From an uncultured Candidatus Binatia bacterium (lineage in GTDB: Bacteria; Desulfobacterota; Binatia; UBA9968; JAJDTQ01): a DNA stretch of 64,000 bases. The stretch lies in assembly GCA_965213675.1 (NCBI GenBank), contig CBDCAF010000018.1:7840-71839 (forward strand), given 5' to 3'. Made by a program: the position numbers and the translations under genes. Shown piece by piece: positions 63,183 through 64,000 of the stretch. The first letter of the stretch is position 1; each line of letters begins with the position of its first letter. The notes beneath the pieces were generated by a model, which saw only the letters and a program-made list of their open reading frames with translations, did no database searches and had not been told where the DNA came from.

Positions 63183-64000
63183 ATGGCGAACGCATCATCC
63201 ATGGACAAGCCCCTGACGGGCGACTTGCGGCCGGACGGCGCGGTCCTCGACCTGCCCGCCTATGAAAAGGCGGGCGGTTACGAGGCGTTGCGCAGGGTGC
63301 TCAAGGAGATGGCTCCGGCGGACGTCCTCAAGGAGGTGACCGACTCCAGGCTGCGGGGGCGCGGCGGCGCGGGCTTCCCCACCGGCCAGAAGTGGAGCTT
63401 TGTGCCCATGGGCGAGAACGCGCCCACCACCAAGTATCTCGTCGCCAACGCCGACGAGATGGAGCCGGGGACCTTCAAGGACCGCCTGATCCTGGAAGGG
63501 AATCCGCACCTGCTCATCGAGGGGATGATCCTCGCGGCCTACACCATCCAGTCGACCCAAGGCTACATCTTCCTGCGCTGGGCCTACAAGCTCGCGGCGG
63601 AGCGCATCACCCGCGCGTTGGCGGAAGCCTACGACAAGGGCTACCTGGGCGAGAACATCCTGGGCTCGGGTCACAGCTTCGAGCTGCGCCTGCACACCAG
63701 CGCCGGGCGCTACATGTGCGGCGAGGAGACCGGGCTCCTGAACGCGCTGGAGGGCAAGCGCGCCAATCCCCGCGCCAAGCCGCCGTTCCCTCAGGTGAGC
63801 GGCCTGTGGGGCAAGCCCACCATCGTCCAGAACGTCGAGACCCTGTGCAACGTGGCGCCGATCCTGCGCAACGGCGCCCAGTGGTACCTGGGCCTGAGCC
63901 GCAGCGAGGACGGCGGCACCAAGCTCTATGGCGCGAGCGGCAAGGTGCGGCGGCCCGGGGTGTGGGAGCTGCCCTTGGGCACCACCATCCGCGAGATTCT
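63183..64000 (+). CDS. nuoF: NADH-quinone oxidoreductase subunit F, 5' part (continues beyond the window)
   Basis: Own translation: MANASSMDKPLTGD...RLRGRGGAGFPTGQKWSF...ANADEMEPGTFKDR...RYMCGEETGLLNALEG. Confidence 0.9.
   Translation, partial: MANASSMDKPLTGDLRPDGAVLDLPAYEKAGGYEALRRVLKEMAPADVLKEVTDSRLRGRGGAGFPTGQKWSFVPMGENAPTTKYLVANADEMEPGTFKDRLILEGNPHLLIEGMILAAYTIQSTQGYIFLRWAYKLAAERITRALAEAYDKGYLGENILGSGHSFELRLHTSAGRYMCGEETGLLNALEGKRANPRAKPPFPQVSGLWGKPTIVQNVETLCNVAPILRNGAQWYLGLSRSEDGGTKLYGASGKVRRPGVWELPLGTTIREI

Overview
GC-rich bacterial chromosomal window. By eye I found no rRNA, tRNA, CRISPR array, integrase or transposase. Region 1-36.8 kb is mainly transport and metabolism. It holds NitT/TauT-type, Liv-type and Ehu-like ABC transporters, two LLM flavin oxidoreductases and a xanthine-dehydrogenase-family molybdoenzyme (S-L-M subunits). 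It also holds several cupins, hydrolases, oligopeptidase B and LarE. One GST has an in-frame TGA at its catalytic-Cys codon, followed by a SECIS-like hairpin, so it is a candidate selenoprotein. Region 36.9-59.4 kb is a defence island with a class 1 DISARM-type gene set: drmD SNF2 helicase, drmMI methylase, drmA helicase and drmB DUF1998. No PLD drmC was seen. About 8.4 kb of visibly AT-richer DNA splits this set between drmMI and drmA. That insert carries (i) a tightly packed 7-gene minus-strand cluster: PPTase, carrier-like protein, XRE, ImmA-chagasin fusion, cytoplasmic C1 peptidase, ThyA-like, MazG-like. It also carries (ii) a plus-strand cluster: small membrane protein, ThsB-like TIR, ABC-type ATPase, ParD-like. 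drmMI has an extra C-terminal domain of about 356 aa that, from memory, resembles the DNA base-hypermodification family (aGPT-Pplase / 5-hmdU kinase helical domain). It lies tail-to-tail with the ThyA-like and MazG-like genes. I rate this hypermodification-like toolkit grafted onto DISARM, together with the protease/inhibitor and carrier modules, as the most likely undescribed system. Region 59.7-64 kb begins the nuo operon (nuoA, nuoB, fused nuoCD, nuoE, partial nuoF). Intergenic DNA contains several palindromic REP/MITE-like repeat families and a 6 x 23-bp tandem repeat. All domain calls rest on motif recognition in the supplied translations. No database search was run.
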